64,000 nucleotides of DNA, taken from Myxococcota bacterium (GTDB lineage: Bacteria > Myxococcota_A > UBA9160 > UBA4427). This document shows, piece by piece, positions 62,841 through 64,000 of this stretch (within the stretch, counting starts at the first letter, position 1; each line of letters begins with the position of its first letter). The notes under the pieces were generated by a model. It worked only from the letters and a program-made list of their open reading frames with translations, was not told the DNA's origin and made no database searches. The DNA lies in the NCBI GenBank assembly GCA_965250285.1, contig OZ252299.1, forward strand, positions 3,200,001 through 3,264,000. The letters run 5' to 3'. Both the position numbers and the translations under genes were made by a program.

Positions 62841-63791
62841 TCACGCGTTGGACGAGCGCCCGGCTTCGAGCGCACGTTCGATCAGCCCCATCACGAGGTC
62901 GGGCGACTGCATCAGCATCAGGTGCCCGGCGTCGGTCTCATCGAGCCAGCCGCGCGGGATCTCGTTCACGACCCGAGCGTGCATCTCGATGGGGAAGTTG
63001 CCGTGCAGCGCGTGCGCTACGACGACGCTCGCCTCGACCCGCTTCGCCTCTTCGGCGATGTCGAAGGCGACCCCCGACTCGAACACGGTGGCCTCGACCA
63101 TCCGCGGACAGCGCAGGGTGACGTGCCCCGCCGGCGTGTCGCCGAGCCCGTAGGTGCAGTAGAGATCGAGGGCGCGGTCGGTCCAGCCTTCGAAGAGGGG
63201 CTTGCCCTCGAAGCTGGCCCGGGCCTCGGCCCGACTGCCGAACACGTCCCGCCGACGGCGGGTGCGCGCCGCCAGCTCGTTGCCGCGGCCGGCCCCTTCG
63301 ACCAGAGGCGGCAGAAAGACCGGATCGAGGGCGAGCACGTGCGCGTATCGCGTCGGCGCCCGCGCCGCCGCGAGCAGGCTCAGCGTGCCGCCGAAGCTGT
63401 GGCCGACCGCGAGCGCGATCTGATCGCGGCCGAGCTCGTCGCACAGCCGCTCGCCGAGGTCGGCGAGATCGTCGCGCAGCTCGAGCCAGCCGAACGCTTC
63501 GGGCACGATGCCGGCCGGGGGGATCGGCGCATGACCATGCCCCCGTGCATCGATCGCCACGACGCGAAAGCGCTCGGCGAGCCGCTCGGCCACCTCGGCC
63601 CACTGCGCCGCGCAGAAGCCGTTCGCGTGGTGCAGCACGGCGAGGGGATTCGCCGGGTCGCCCCACTCGAGCACCGAGGTCGAGATGCCCCGGGCTTCGA
63701 GCGCGACCTCACGACGGGTCGAGCCAGGCGGCGCGGCGGGCTCGCGGTCGAGCTCGGCCTTCGGCGGGGCAGCAGGGAGCGACTGAGACAT
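62841..63791 (-). CDS. Alpha/beta hydrolase
   Basis: HHANGF, DARGHG, GHSFGG nucleophile elbow, AGHL; GGAG RBS before MSQSLP. Confidence 0.9.
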   Translation of the reverse strand: MSQSLPAAPPKAELDREPAAPPGSTRREVALEARGISTSVLEWGDPANPLAVLHHANGFCAAQWAEVAERLAERFRVVAIDARGHGHAPIPPAGIVPEAFGWLELRDDLADLGERLCDELGRDQIALAVGHSFGGTLSLLAAARAPTRYAHVLALDPVFLPPLVEGAGRGNELAARTRRRRDVFGSRAEARASFEGKPLFEGWTDRALDLYCTYGLGDTPAGHVTLRCPRMVEATVFESGVAFDIAEEAKRVEASVVVAHALHGNFPIEMHARVVNEIPRGWLDETDAGHLMLMQSPDLVMGLIERALEAGRSSNA

Positions 63792-64000
63792 GGTTCTCCG
63801 GCGAGGGCATACGGGGCGCGAGCGCCCCGGAGAGTGCAGAACCCCGAGCGCTCCAGCCACACGGCGTGCGCGCACGAACTCGCCTTTCGAGTCGGGGGCG
63901 TGCCGGCGCCTGGTGTAGTGTGATCCGATGCCCGAGCCCGGCGATGCGATCCACCGGCACGAAGACGCCCTGCGCGAAGCCATTCGAGATCGCCTCGACG

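Overview
High-GC bacterial chromosome. Gene style suggests a Myxococcota-like Gram-negative organism (inference only). Most of the window is housekeeping and lipid metabolism: nadB, pgsA, plsB, SCP2-type thiolase, M1 aminopeptidase, cysteine synthase, an acyl-CoA dehydrogenase pair, a flavin monooxygenase, sucA and mpg. Three regions stand out. (1) A tRNA-Gly(GCC) gene at 9892-9967 has three extra copies of its own 3' end downstream. Two lie in a structured 216-bp tandem repeat; the third (8433) and the 9417 copy bracket a TMEM175-type channel gene. Accessory genes lie further left, including a frameshifted phenolic-acid-decarboxylase homologue. (2) An island at about 41.9-48.0 kb holds five intact and one truncated tandem paralogues of an unrecognised exported protein: constant signal peptide and coiled-coil-like segment, hypervariable Gly-rich hairpin, constant C-terminal beta-hairpin ending in Phe. 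The array is interrupted by a stand-alone casposase-like Cas1 with a C-terminal Zn ribbon. No CRISPR array, cas2 or PolB is visible. After cas1, a small beta-barrel gene is enclosed by a 19-bp inverted repeat and a degenerate ~48-bp direct repeat. (3) An orphan Hcp (T6SS tube) homologue carries an apparent Sec signal peptide and sits next to a surface-anchored thrombospondin type-3 repeat protein, with no other T6SS genes in the window. All calls come from reading motifs by eye; no database searches were run.
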